Assembly (NCBI GenBank): GCA_027923505.1
Contig: BROI01000011.1
Coordinates: forward strand, 124,001 to 188,000
Length of the DNA stretch: 64,000 nucleotides
Direction: 5' to 3'
From: Mayamaea pseudoterrestris
Taxonomy: Eukaryota
Below are positions 49,492-61,569 of this stretch, one piece after another. Every line of letters begins with the position of its first letter. Position 1 is the first letter of the stretch. The position numbers were made by a program, and so were the translations under genes. Below the pieces are notes generated by a model. The model saw nothing but the letters and a program-made list of their open reading frames with translations. It did not search any database and was not told the DNA's origin.

Positions 49492-50568
49492 ATGATGCTC
49501 CTACTCGTTCATTCACGTCATAAACCCTCTCATTTACTCGCCAAGCTTTCCTTCCTCATGACGGCTGCTCCCTTTTCCTCCTCGACTGCATCATCATCAT
49601 CTCCGCATTCACCATCATCGGTTGCTGCTCACGCGTTCAGCAACAGCAAAGGCGCCAGCATGGACGGATTAAAGCAACAAACTCATGACGATCAGCTCCC
49701 ATCGACACTCCAAGGAGCCGCCGTTCGCGCCCTCGTGGAACCAGGAAGATGCCAGTTTGACTCCAACCCGAAACCGGCGCGTCTCATGTCACGCACCCGA
49801 GTGTCTCCCACCTCTTTCCTGCTGCGGTTCGCACTGCCCGATCAAAGTCAGCCGCTCCAGCTAACCACGTGCGCCTGCATTTTAGCGCACATGACTCAAG
49901 ACAATGAACAAGTCGTGCGTCCCTACACGCCCGTCAGCACCAATGCGCAAGTTGGCAGCTTCGACTTGCTCATCAAGGATTACTCCGAGTTTGGTGGAAT
50001 CATGAGTCACTACTTGTGCAAGGTCATTCAGCCGTCATCATCAAGTAGCAGCAGCTCCGAACAAGGCGACGACGGCGACTGCGTTACCTTTACGCATTCG
50101 GACAAGAATGTCAAAATATCGGCACACGATTTAATCGCCAAGCGCCACGTTGTCATGATTGCCGGCGGCACTGGCATTAACCCCATGCTGCAGGCGTTGC
50201 ACGCAATGCTGGGCGGCAGCGACGGACCAAGTCGCGTGACGCTGCTGTATGGCAGCAAGAACGTCAAGGACATTTTGGCCAAGGAGCTGCTCGACGACTG
50301 GGCCAAGATTCATGCAAATCGATTCAAGGTGGAGTACGTGTTGAGCGATGAACCGGGGCAGTCAGAGTGGCAAGGGCGACGAGGTTTCGTCGACAAGGAC
50401 TTGTTGAAGGAGCATTTGCCGGAGCAGCCAAGCAACGACATAAAAGTGTTGGTTTGTGGACCGCCGCCCATGTACGATGCCATTTGCGGTCCGCGCGAGG
50501 AAGCCGACAGTGTCAAGGGTGTTTTGGCAGAGCTTGGCTACAAGGCGGAACATGTTTACAAGTTTTAA
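49492..50568 (+). CDS. NADH-cytochrome b5 reductase-like flavoprotein
   Basis: RPYTPVS, GIMS, IAGGTGINPM, CGPPPM and C-terminal YKF. Confidence 0.93.
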   Translation: MMLLLVHSRHKPSHLLAKLSFLMTAAPFSSSTASSSSPHSPSSVAAHAFSNSKGASMDGLKQQTHDDQLPSTLQGAAVRALVEPGRCQFDSNPKPARLMSRTRVSPTSFLLRFALPDQSQPLQLTTCACILAHMTQDNEQVVRPYTPVSTNAQVGSFDLLIKDYSEFGGIMSHYLCKVIQPSSSSSSSSEQGDDGDCVTFTHSDKNVKISAHDLIAKRHVVMIAGGTGINPMLQALHAMLGGSDGPSRVTLLYGSKNVKDILAKELLDDWAKIHANRFKVEYVLSDEPGQSEWQGRRGFVDKDLLKEHLPEQPSNDIKVLVCGPPPMYDAICGPREEADSVKGVLAELGYKAEHVYKF

Positions 50569-50751
50569 GATGATTACTGCATTAGAATGTTTATAAATTA
50601 CATGCTAGGATAGTACATAGCATAGCGATATCTTTTTACGCCATGGTTTGGACGCCTAGTTGTTACTCACTCCCAACTCTACCAAAAGGCATCCAAAAGG
50701 CATTGAGCTGAAGGCACGTATTAAAAGCATTTGTAATGTAACCTTCTAGTA

Positions 50752-53034
50752 TTAACCCGTTCGCTTCTTTCGTGCAGGAACGCCCTTGCGGCGAATAACT
50801 TCCACGCAACACTTTGGAACACGATAGTCACTATTCTGAGCGCCGCCATGCGAGGTTAAGCTAGCGTCACCGGTTAGCAGCGCTTCCAGCTCCTCCGCAA
50901 GATTGCCTTGGAACTGTAATTCAACATGATCCTTCTTCAGCGCCTCTGATGGTTCCTCTTCAATGGCGCCACTGCAGGCAAATCGCCGCGAAACGTCCGT
51001 GCAAAAGCTTGCCGCGTGAATCCCATAGTCTTCCATTCCTCGGACGCGCGTGACAAATTTCCGGTTTTGCCGGCACGTGACAGTTATGCGCACGTTGGGC
51101 GGTTTGCCTCGCGCCAGTGTCAGTACGCGATTGCCTGGCACTTGCACCAAGGCGTAGGCGGGTTCCAGTTTTGATAGCCATCGAGTCGTCAGCTCCGGTC
51201 GCGAAAGAATCGTCGGTGCATCCTGCTTTTTTTGCTTGCCATAAAGAACGTCGAGCAAGGGGCCATCCATGTTGGCATAGCCAGGACGATCCGACGTGAT
51301 TAGGTTTTCGCGCTGAAGATACTCGTCAAGAATTGCTCGAGCCTCCTTCATGGTAAGCATGCCAGTGTTTCGACGCTCGTCACTCGTCGCATCAGCCGCC
51401 TTGACCACGTCGGGGTCCAGCCGCAGTAATTTGACAATGGGAGGTGGAACCATGTACAAGTCAGAAACTACCACTTTCAATGTCGTGTTTGTTGATGCGT
51501 TATCTATACCAGGCAACTTGGCTTGCTGGCGATATGACTTGATCGATGTATCTTGACTCGCATCAAATCCCACTAGCATGGCCATGGGATCCTTCTTGGA
51601 CGCATCTGGACCAACCATTAGCAAGCCTTCCGTCACTTGTTCCTTGACGTAGGCACCAAATTTTTTCCATTTGGTTTGCTTCAGTTCAATGTGCGATCCT
51701 TCGGGGCGATTGGGCAAAACGTGCTGTGAGTAAAACTTGGCCATGGTCATGGGCAAGTCGCGCTTTGCTTGAAGCGTTGAGAGCGCCTTGCAGACTGCAG
51801 CATGCAAGACATCGTCGGGAGGTAGTGTCGGCGTAGCAGTTTCATCGTTGCTGACGCTCATGGAGCTGCCGTGGTGTGGCGAAGCCTGATTTGTAGCCAC
51901 CTGATGCAACGGCTGCACATTGTCGAACTCATTGACGCTTGCTTCTATTCGAGTATGATCGAGAACACTCTCCACTTCACTCGTATCTACTGCATCGCCC
52001 TGCACGCCTTGACTCAGTGGCTCATCGCTCAGCAGGCCTGCACTCGGTGGATCATCCTCTACTTCGCTATTATTGTCCTCGGCATTGCTCTCGTCGCTTT
52101 GCTCATTGACCAAGATTGGAACCACAAACTTGCCGTCACAAAATCCTGCATTACCATAATGGCCGTCATTATATGGAGCCCCGCCGCCGAGCAAGTCATT
52201 TTTCGGTCCATTGGTTGCTAGTGAGGAACTCGCGCCAATGCTCGTATTAGTAGAATTACCAAAACTTTGCTGCTTCCATATATCGTCACCGTAGCAGGAA
52301 ACAATGTGCACGCCAACACCAGCGTTGGCTTGCTGCGCCTCGGTCATTTCCATCAAAAGTCCAACCGCCATTGGTTGTGGATTGTTTCTAACGTATATTA
52401 AGACTGCCATGGAATCAAGCAAGTCTTGCGGCGATGTCAATAGTCGCATACCAGCCCGCATCAAGTGAGCGCCTCGACAAAGGTATTCGGAGACGGAGGC
52501 GTTGTTCAACAATACTTGACCAAATTGGATATAAGGTGAAGGTAAAACACTCAGCAGTGCCAATGCTGGTAGTTGATGAATCATGGTTTGCGATTTGCGT
52601 TGCAAATCTTGCTCCAGCACTTGAATCCATACGCATTGAGCATGCTTCGTATACGGCCAAATAGCTGTTAGTGCATCTTTGCGTTGATTGTCTTGTTCTC
52701 CAATATCAGGACTCCGATAGTATAACGTGCAAGTCTTGTAGTAATGATGGACTGATGATGAAGATGACGAAATTGCAGGTGGAGGCAATTCAATCGTTCG
52801 CGATACAAGCGTCCCTTGCAGAAAGACGTGGTCCAGTAGCTGACTAATCAAAGGAACCGATTGTTTCATCGGTTCACTGTTATTGCCGTCTTGATTGTCT
52901 AGTCTCTGCAACTCATCCGTCAGAAAGCAGTCTCCCACTAGCCGTCGAAGAATTCTACGATCCGACTTTCGGAGCGGAACATCCTTGCACTTTTTCCCTC
53001 GCGAGTGAGTACTGGAATGAGGCTTTTGGAACAT
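50752..53034 (-). CDS. eIF2D: Translation initiation factor 2D (ligatin)-like
   Basis: N-terminal MFQKP..LRKSDRR, PUA-like GAHLMRAG, SWIB-like segment and C-terminal SUI1 domain (RQNRKFVTRVRGME..RFACS..QFQGN). Confidence 0.85.
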   Translation of the reverse strand: MFQKPHSSTHSRGKKCKDVPLRKSDRRILRRLVGDCFLTDELQRLDNQDGNNSEPMKQSVPLISQLLDHVFLQGTLVSRTIELPPPAISSSSSSVHHYYKTCTLYYRSPDIGEQDNQRKDALTAIWPYTKHAQCVWIQVLEQDLQRKSQTMIHQLPALALLSVLPSPYIQFGQVLLNNASVSEYLCRGAHLMRAGMRLLTSPQDLLDSMAVLIYVRNNPQPMAVGLLMEMTEAQQANAGVGVHIVSCYGDDIWKQQSFGNSTNTSIGASSSLATNGPKNDLLGGGAPYNDGHYGNAGFCDGKFVVPILVNEQSDESNAEDNNSEVEDDPPSAGLLSDEPLSQGVQGDAVDTSEVESVLDHTRIEASVNEFDNVQPLHQVATNQASPHHGSSMSVSNDETATPTLPPDDVLHAAVCKALSTLQAKRDLPMTMAKFYSQHVLPNRPEGSHIELKQTKWKKFGAYVKEQVTEGLLMVGPDASKKDPMAMLVGFDASQDTSIKSYRQQAKLPGIDNASTNTTLKVVVSDLYMVPPPIVKLLRLDPDVVKAADATSDERRNTGMLTMKEARAILDEYLQRENLITSDRPGYANMDGPLLDVLYGKQKKQDAPTILSRPELTTRWLSKLEPAYALVQVPGNRVLTLARGKPPNVRITVTCRQNRKFVTRVRGMEDYGIHAASFCTDVSRRFACSGAIEEEPSEALKKDHVELQFQGNLAEELEALLTGDASLTSHGGAQNSDYRVPKCCVEVIRRKGVPARKKRTG

Positions 53035-53716
53035 GCTATAAATTAATTAAACAGGTGGTGACTCTTTGAAACGATCCGACGAAGAAAGAGAAGGGCGGAG
53101 TGACTTGCTTTGTCAAGTTTGCTCGACGTCCGCCATGGTGTTTTTGGTGGAAACGTCGATGAGTACCGCTCAGATCCCTTTCATTACCGCTACGACACTT
53201 GCATCTCTCCGTTCAACGGACTCAACCGCTGCAGGGCCATAATGAAAACTCGCGGTTACTTAGGATTTGGACATGTTCGTGCGTTTCACTACCAAGGCTA
53301 CGCAACGAGCATCCGTTTTTCCATCGAGGTGCCTTGGAAAAGGTGATCATCGTTTGGTCTTGTCGTTCATGATATCAAGTGCAACCTCAATTGATCCTCT
53401 CATCTATATTTTATCCGTGTCTATTAATTTTGATATATCAAAACTGCAACAGCCATTAGAAAGTACGTCGAGAACCCAAGGCATTATCCCTTTCGACATT
53501 TTCCACCAAATTTGTCCGAACCTCCGTCGTTTCATCGAACAACAAAATGGCATCTCCTCGAGTCGCCGGAACGATACGGAGCAAGAATCCGCTCAAGGGA
53601 GCGGTCGAAATATTGCCGGTGAGTATAGTCGTAAGAGGCAAATACTGGAAGTGAAGCGATATTGTTTCCACGGAGATGGAGCTGCCGCCATTTACAGCAA
53701 GGCACGTCCCTCTTCA

Positions 53717-55555
53717 ATGGATCACGACGAAATTTCTCCGCATTGGAATCCAAAAGCAAAAGAGACGATTTATTTGATAAGTCGATCATGACTAATTACC
53801 ATGGCCGAGACGGCGGCATGCATCGATAGCCATTGGCGAGCAGACTCGTATCGATTCTGCAAACATGCCGACGATTTTATTGGTTATTTTGCAATCACTG
53901 ATACTCACCGCTTCCCTTTACATATTTTATTCCATCAGGAGCGACTCTACTATGCTTCATTAAAGGCTCCGCCTCCGAGCCACAATATTCTTGCCAGCAC
54001 GCCCAAGCGCGACGATCCACAGCAACTCCATCACAATCATCATACGCAACAACCAACAGCCACCAAGCTCAAGAAACAAATTCACTTTTTCAACATTGAC
54101 AATGAACTCGTCTACTGGAACTTCTTTTTAGATTTTGGTCCTCTCAACTTGGGACAATTGGCGCGATTTTGCAACAAGCTGCACGACAAGCTACGCAAGT
54201 TTCCAGTGGTTTGCTACTACAGCAACACGGTTCCGGCCAAGCGAGCGAACGCCATCTTTTTGATTTGTGCCTGGCAGTTGCTTTATTTGAATCGATCGCC
54301 CGAGCAGGCCATGGCGGGCTTCGATAAATCCTTGTTTGAGGAAATGGAAGCGAGGCAGCAGCAGGCGAGTGCAAGTTCAAGTAGCAGACGCCACCAGCAG
54401 CAAGTGCACACTTCATCCAATCATGACCACAGCAACGGCCACACTAGCCCACCCATTTCGCAAAGCCTTGGCAGCGTGACGCTGGCGGACCTTCCGCCCT
54501 TTCACGACGCGAGTCCGTGCGTCTGCACCTACGAACTCACCGTGTTGGATTGTCTCAAGGGCATGGCCAAGGCGCGGCTGCATGGTTTCTACGACCACGA
54601 GTCCTTTGACGTGGATGAGTATGAGCACTTTGAGCAAGTGGAGGTGAGTTGATGAAATGTGGAGTGTCGTGGAAGTGGATTTGGATAAATATTCTAACTT
54701 ACCTCATCACACTCAAATTGTATCGCTCTCTTTCTATCGCAGAACGGCGACTTGAACTGGATTGTCAAAGGCAAGATTTTAGCCTTTGCCGGTCCATCCT
54801 ACGAGCGTCACGTTTCTCCGGAGGGCTACTGCACGCTGTCTCCGTCCGACTACCTTCCATACTTTCAGCGCAAAAATGTTGGCTTGGTGATTCGACTCAA
54901 CAAGAAATGCTACAATGAACAAGACTTTATCGAGGGAGGCATTGATCACTGCGATGCCTTTTTCCTCGATGGCTCTTGCCCGCCAACCAAGATTCTGCAA
55001 AAGGTCATTACCGCCATGGAGGCCTTGCCAGCCGACAAGGCCATTGCCATTCACTGCAAGGCTGGATTGGGCCGCACGGGTACCTGCATTGGCGCTTATC
55101 TGATGAAGCACTATCGATTCACAGCTTCCGAAGCGATTGGCTGGATGAGAATATGTCGGCCCGGCATGGTGATTGGACCGCAGCAACACTTTTTGCATCA
55201 AATTGAACAAAGCATGTGGCAGGAAGGTGACTTGGCTGGAGTTGTCAAGCGGCCATTGGGAACGGCGGCGTCTTATGACAACGAGGATGAGGATGAAGTG
55301 GCTGGTCGATCGTCAGGCATGGATGGCGTGAACAAGGATGAAGCAGTCAGAGGGAGGGAAGGTCAAGCAGCTGCCCTGTTGGCTGCTCGTGGACGGCGTC
55401 CTGCTCAGGTTGAAACGACACTTGCATCATCTACCCCTCGAACGAATCGCGAGTCTGCCTCCTCACCAGAAATGACCGTCAAGGAGAGTCCTGTTCCGGT
55501 AACGCCGGAGACGCCGTCGGCGGTATCGCAGCTATGGTGCGGCGGCGGTTTGTAG
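53717..55555 (+). CDS. CDC14: Cdc14 dual-specificity phosphatase; intron 54644-54742; 5' exon structure unresolved
   Basis: FFLDFGPLNLGQ, FHDAS, EQVE|NGDLNWI joined by GTGAGT..CAG, and catalytic HCKAGLGRT. Confidence 0.93.
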
Positions 55556-55927
55556 TTTTTGGGCAAAACACGTTGCCAAGAAAGTGGGTAAAGCTGCTTG
55601 CGGTTGTCGCAACTACAAGCACCAATCAGTCCTTTTACTCCACACTGTACACTAGCAAATCAAATAAGCCAGTTAACTTTGCACTATCTAGGTTACGTAG
55701 AATGCGGAGACAAACAACGAGAGATATGTAATAGCGAAATCAAGCAACCGTTTACAAGGTATTGAAAACGGTGCGACACGTCGAACCGCTTCACTCGGCC
55801 GCCGCCATGACCAAAAACACATTACTCGCTCCCTCTCTCCTTTTTAAGTTTCACTTCATTTCATCTCTCTCAATTGCTAAATTATTGTAAACGACAGAAG
55901 ACCTGTATATTTATAGTTAGATTTGGC

Positions 55928-57448
55928 ATGAGCTCGTTCAATAATGATCATAACGGAGCAAACCATACCGACGACTCCTTGATTCCATCGAGACGCTCCT
56001 CGTCGTCACTGAAACTCCGCATCAAGACGACATACTCGAGCAGCAACCATAAGAATCAAAACCAAGACTTTATACTACATGTAACAGCTTCTCAGTCAGT
56101 TTCCGAGTTAAAGCAGCAAGTTTTGGAACATTTGCAGTTGGAAGCGACGCGCTACGTGCGACTCGTATGTCACGGCCGACTGCTGGCTCCGGACGCGGCA
56201 TCGCTCGCCACCTTTGACGTGTTGATGAAGCAACATGCAACGGACGAGGAGCAAGCTAGTCACTATGTCGTCGTTCACGCCGTCATTGCGGCCGTTGGAC
56301 AAGCGGTAGGCGTGCAAGCCGTGCTGCAGAAACACGCTCAATACCAGAGCGAGCTGCAGGAGAGTCTGTTTCGTGCGGAACGATCCAATCACGATAACAA
56401 TAATGCATCAGCAGCGTCACCATTTTTCGCATCGACAAGTCTCGGTCGATTGTCGGAAGGATTGCTGCGAGGAGCCGGAATCGGAACGGACGGAAGGTTG
56501 ATAAGGGCGTCGTCTCCTCATGACAGCGATGATGAAAGTATTAACGGCGACGAAAGCGACGAGGATGATGATGAGGAGGAAGTAGATTCGCTTGTACGCT
56601 TTTACAACATTCACGACCATACTGGCGACGCGGAAGTAGACATTGAGCTTGGAATAACTAGACCACCAACGATTGCATCCATTCCTAGCGTGACTGCGTC
56701 AAGTGGCCGCCAACGACGCCGTCGGCGCCAGTCTGGAAACGCTCACTTGACCCAAAGCAGTCGTCGCTCCAGTGCCGTTGGCTTTGATCGACTGCGGCTT
56801 GCGCCGTGGAGCTTGTCGAACAGTCAGGTGCAGGCCATTCGCTCCTACTTTTCGCCGCACGTTGACACCTGGTTGCAGCAACTGGCGCCGGAGCGACGCG
56901 AGCAAGTTGTTTCGGAAGCGGCTGCGACGGCAGCAAATGCGAGTACTAGTAACGCTCGCATCGAATCACCTAATGATGATGACAACAATGACGATTCATT
57001 GCATCGCCGCCACTTGCAGGAGGAAGCTTGGATGCAGGCGCAAGGAACGGTGAGCGAGTTTTGGTTGAACCTTGGCATGGCCGGACGACTTCGGGAGCGA
57101 GCCGCAACGCAAGGAGCCAGCACTACCTCGCTCACGTCCATCATGCAGGCGGCCGTTGCGGCGAATCGACGGAACGGTAGTGCTGGAGCAATCACTACTG
57201 CCAACAATATATCGTCCACACCTGGATCTGACCGAGACTTTACCTGGGGCTTTCTCATGGGATTTTTCGTTGGCTTTATTATGCTGGCTTGGGTTTGGAT
57301 GCCCACAGTGCCGCACAAGCAAAAGCTTGGCATTTTGTCAGGCATTACAGTCCAGTTGGCCTTGACCATGCTGCAAAAGGGCAATGGCGATGAGTTTGCC
57401 CATGACGAGGGCGACTTTGACGATGTTGGTTTGTTGAGAGAGTACTAG
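55928..57448 (+). CDS. DSC E3 ligase complex subunit 3-like (DUF2407) protein
   Basis: N-terminal ubiquitin-like domain (RLVCHGRLL), GFDRL..IRSYF..EEAWM, and two C-terminal TM segments. Confidence 0.8.
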   Translation: MSSFNNDHNGANHTDDSLIPSRRSSSSLKLRIKTTYSSSNHKNQNQDFILHVTASQSVSELKQQVLEHLQLEATRYVRLVCHGRLLAPDAASLATFDVLMKQHATDEEQASHYVVVHAVIAAVGQAVGVQAVLQKHAQYQSELQESLFRAERSNHDNNNASAASPFFASTSLGRLSEGLLRGAGIGTDGRLIRASSPHDSDDESINGDESDEDDDEEEVDSLVRFYNIHDHTGDAEVDIELGITRPPTIASIPSVTASSGRQRRRRRQSGNAHLTQSSRRSSAVGFDRLRLAPWSLSNSQVQAIRSYFSPHVDTWLQQLAPERREQVVSEAAATAANASTSNARIESPNDDDNNDDSLHRRHLQEEAWMQAQGTVSEFWLNLGMAGRLRERAATQGASTTSLTSIMQAAVAANRRNGSAGAITTANNISSTPGSDRDFTWGFLMGFFVGFIMLAWVWMPTVPHKQKLGILSGITVQLALTMLQKGNGDEFAHDEGDFDDVGLLREY

Positions 57449-57797
57449 CGCGTTTGTATCGATGGCAATAGTAGGACAGCAAATATAGCAACCACGCCTT
57501 GGTCAACAATACAAGTTTTAACTTGGTCTAACGGTGATCGGCAGATGAGGGTTGATGATTAATAAATGTGTTATCACGCCACTCAGTTCCGGTATCTCGT
57601 ATTACACCTTTCTCCGCATACAACATGCTAAGATAAAAACGCCGGAATAATTGAGCGCTGGCTTCACCGGCTACTGCTGTCAAGACAGTATCCACAACTT
57701 GTTTGTTTAGTCTATCCTATTCTATGGAATCTGAACCTGATAAGCTAAACACTAAAACTAAACAACTACATGGTACAGCACTTGGAATCAAGAGACA

Positions 57798-59624
57798 TTA
57801 CGACTCCATGACCTTGCGCCGCTCTTGCTCCATTCTCACCTCGCAAAACTGCAGCGCCTGCTTGACTTGTTTGTTGTGTGGCTCCAACTTGTGCGCCTTG
57901 GCCAAGACTGGAAGGGCTGCCAAGTACTTACCCATAGCGTGCAACGCTAATCCATGACGAAAAATGGCCTTAATATTGTCTGGATTGACGTCAAGCGCCT
58001 TTCGAGCATCCTCCTCTGCCTTTTCGTGCTGACCCAGCTTCAGAAAGCAAGCCGCTCGGTTCGAATACAATACGTCGCGCGGATATAGCTTCACGTCAGG
58101 CAATTCGTCAGCCTTGTCAAGTGCCAAGCTGTACAGCAAAATGGCTTGCGCATACTCGCCAGCGCCAAATGCTTCGTTGCCACGAATCTTATTGTGGTCG
58201 CATTCGTCAACGACAAGTTTAATCTGTTCCTTGGACATGGTATAAATTTCCTCGTCAACAGCATCATCATCATCATCAGTTTCCGAAACAGTATTTTCCT
58301 GCTCCACCTTCTTTGCCAAAACATTACCATGCTTATCTCGAATCTGTATCATGTCTTCGGCCATGTTGATTGCTAGCTCGGCCGCTCGCTCACGCCGCTT
58401 GTTTTCCTCCTCCACTTCGCGTGGCGTCATGGCCCGCACATTCTTACCCGTCGTATTTCCCGCTCGCACCACCTCCTCCGTCACGAGCTTGCCGCTGTGA
58501 ACCGACGTGATGAACTGAAACTCTTCGGGCGTGGCATTGCCAATGGACTTGGCGCCGTCGTTCATGTAGTCGCAGTCAATCTCCGATTCCATAAAATCGT
58601 CCCTGTAGATGCGAACCTTCATTCTCTTGACGCCAGCGTGAAAAATGCGATCGTCCTTGTCCTCGCCCCAATACTGCGAATGGAAGAAAAAAGTCGGGGC
58701 GAAGCGGAGTCAGTGTTTGCATGCATCTCTTATTCTTGCATGAACTACTCAAAGCCAGCATGCAAACCAAGAGAGATTATTGACACTTACAATCTTTGGC
58801 TGACCGGGCGTTCCAGGATTCTTCCCCGACGGCGCATCGCGAAAATCAATCTGCAAGTTTCGACTCAAGTCGACTTGAATAGTTGCCACGGTCGCTTCAT
58901 TTTGAACGACAAGATGAACGTTACTGCAATTGTGCATCTCCAGCGTGCCCGAAATGATTTTGCACTTGATCAATATGGTGCAATTGTGAACATTGGAAAT
59001 GAAGCATTTGATGATTCCGTAAATGCGTCGCTCGCGAGGCTCTTCAGGGACCGCATTCTCCGCGTCGCTGCCAGGAAAGCTCTTGGCCTGGGCGTTGACC
59101 ATCATTTTGGACTCCAAGTTGCTCAAGTCCTGCGTCAAAATAATCTGGTCCCTCAGAGAATGACCACTCGTGTCGGTAATGGAAACGACCCGCTTGCCGG
59201 CGTCCAATTGGTCGCGAGTGATTCGAATTGTTGTAGAGTCAGTCGATTTCTCTTCTTGGCATGCTACTAGTCGTTTCGTCTTGTATTCGTCGGCGTCATT
59301 ATCAGCAACGACTGGACCAAGCAGCGATTTAAACTCCTGCACACTCTCCGTCTCTCGCTGCTTGTACTTTTCGAGTTGCGTTTTCACCTTGAGCACATTC
59401 GCAAGCTTTTGTTTCTCAGCAGCTTCCGCCTCGCTGCGCGAATACTTGTTGCCGTCCAATCCGAGTGCCTGCTGCGACGCGATTAATTCCTCCTTGGTTT
59501 CCTGCTCGACTTGCTCGACGAGTGTCTTGGTTTTCTTGTCCCAGTCGCTGTAGTTGGTTCTTCCAGCGACACCTGGTGTAGAAGAAGATGATGATGGTAT
59601 TGGAACTGGAGCAGGCGAGGTCAT
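57798..59624 (-). CDS. Protein with C-CAP/cofactor-C-like beta-helix and C-terminal TPR domain; intron 58674-58790
   Basis: GTAAGT..CAG intron joins two ORFs in frame; TNYSDWD; ISNVHNCTI..MHNCSNV..TIQVD; TPR clamp motifs KIRGNEAF, SNRAAC and KAIFR. Confidence 0.8.
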
Positions 59625-59867
59625 GGTGTGATGCAAGGCTATCAAGGAACATCGATAGAGTGAATGGAACGAATATTCAAACCGACGGATCGAAGGGTCA
59701 CAGATCGCTTTCTTGCCAAGACCCATGTGCTCTTGCGTTCCGAACCAAGGTTTAAAAACGATCAAAACTTCGAAATCGAGCGCCGATGAGCAGACTCAGT
59801 CGTGCTACGACATGAAACTGTGGCACGACCGCGCCGTCGCGCCTAAATACGCTAGCTACAAACGTTG

Positions 59868-61349
59868 CTATAGTATTTTCCACGTGACGTATATTCCCTG
59901 CCCGCAGGAGCACTGAAAATCCCCTCCACATGGACTGTAATTGACCAGTCGAATGGATGCATAGCCAGTTTGTCCGCAGCGCCGACAATGGGATCGTTCC
60001 ATGGCGTGTTCCCGGACGCTCAGTATGCTGACTGGAAGCGGAGGATTGTATCGCCTCGTTGCATCATCTTGCTTTTGTCGCACCACTTGATCCAGCGCAC
60101 GTTGTCGCTCCATGAATGGCAAGCTTGGATGCCAGTAGCGAATGAGCAAGACGACGCGTATGCTGTCCGTGGTGTTTTCCACCTCATGCTCGTAGGCATC
60201 GTCAAAGACGAGTACCTTGCCTTGATGCCACTCGTGCCAAGTGTTTTTGACGCGAATCCGACACTTGCCTAAATTACCATTGTCAGTGGCCGTCGTTGAC
60301 GAAACTGGCACTATGATTCCCAAGTGAGCCGTCAATCGAAGGTTGGTTGACGCACAGTGAGGCGCAATCTTTGTTCCCGGAGCCAACAAGCTAAAAATGA
60401 CTTCGCCGCCGCCACTCCGCGCCAAAGAGACAGCTTCGGGAATGTGTCTGGCGATCAGCTCGCACGTTTGCGGCACCAAGTGCGATGATTCGCGCTCGCC
60501 GCTTCCAAATAGGACCACTTCGGTCCACCTGCCACTGGAAACGACGGAACCATCCATGGCACCAGCTCCCTCCCGATGGTCGCCTGCTCCGACCGACTGA
60601 AAGCAGTCGGCGTCTATTAAATTCAAGCATTCCTCTCGAATCATGTCAAAGTTGGTAGGATCTTCGAGAATGTGTTCGCACCAACTTGGTCGTTCCTCAT
60701 TGCCAGAGTAGAATGGTTGCGTGGATGAAACGTTTGGATACATGTAGGCGGGTCGCAAATGTGGATCGCTCCAGTGCTGCCTCACGCGACGAGGCAAATG
60801 CTTGCATGTTTGAACAGCTTGAATGACTCGACGCGAAAAACTGGCATGTTCGGCTGCGGAAACGGATTGCTCCTCCTGCCAGGACGCCATGTACTCTTGA
60901 ATGGCTCGTATGCAGACGGCATCGTCATCGTCACTATCAACAGCAGACCCTTCCATGAGCTCAGTACCTCCAAATTCATTGTTGCTGCTGCTGCCTCGTT
61001 TGCTGCTGCATATATACTCCCGTAGACAAGCTCGTAGACTCCATCGAGCGTCGGCGTGTCGACCGGCATCCAGCAAGCAGCCTCCGAGAAACAGCCACAG
61101 ACGAAGAGCTCGCGGATGACTCAACGAGGAAGCTTCAATTGTTTCGCCTTCTAATGCTTCTTCAAACTCCTTGATGAAATGGTTGGAATCCATGTCGCTT
61201 TGCATTGCATGTTTTGGATGTATGCGCCGAAGTGAATTCTCCCAAACGCTCATGGCTGCCGCGTAGTCTTGCTCATTGTACCACAGCGCCAAACCCTTCC
61301 ACCACTCTAATACGAACAAGTCATGTTCGTTATATCGATTGCTTGGCAT
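59868..61349 (-). CDS. Aspartyl/asparaginyl beta-hydroxylase domain protein
   Basis: FSLLAPGTKIAPHCASTNLRLTAHLG and FDDAYEHEV.N..R motifs. Confidence 0.88.
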   Translation of the reverse strand: MPSNRYNEHDLFVLEWWKGLALWYNEQDYAAAMSVWENSLRRIHPKHAMQSDMDSNHFIKEFEEALEGETIEASSLSHPRALRLWLFLGGCLLDAGRHADARWSLRACLREYICSSKRGSSSNNEFGGTELMEGSAVDSDDDDAVCIRAIQEYMASWQEEQSVSAAEHASFSRRVIQAVQTCKHLPRRVRQHWSDPHLRPAYMYPNVSSTQPFYSGNEERPSWCEHILEDPTNFDMIREECLNLIDADCFQSVGAGDHREGAGAMDGSVVSSGRWTEVVLFGSGERESSHLVPQTCELIARHIPEAVSLARSGGGEVIFSLLAPGTKIAPHCASTNLRLTAHLGIIVPVSSTTATDNGNLGKCRIRVKNTWHEWHQGKVLVFDDAYEHEVENTTDSIRVVLLIRYWHPSLPFMERQRALDQVVRQKQDDATRRYNPPLPVSILSVREHAMERSHCRRCGQTGYASIRLVNYSPCGGDFQCSCGQGIYVTWKIL

Positions 61350-61569
61350 GGTATGATAAGAAGAGTTAAACTGGGCGATCAATGGAACGAATTGAGCACA
61401 AATGCACGGGTTGATGATGAGGGGAGCCTGCCACACTTTGTCTGACCGCCACTAAGCAATGGTCTGACCGGGACTGTTCGTCGTTCATTGTCATTGCTGG
61501 AGCGTTTAAAGCATTCATCACTGCGCAAAAGAGTGTCGCACCAAGCAGCCTTCGACAAGTATTGTTTCA

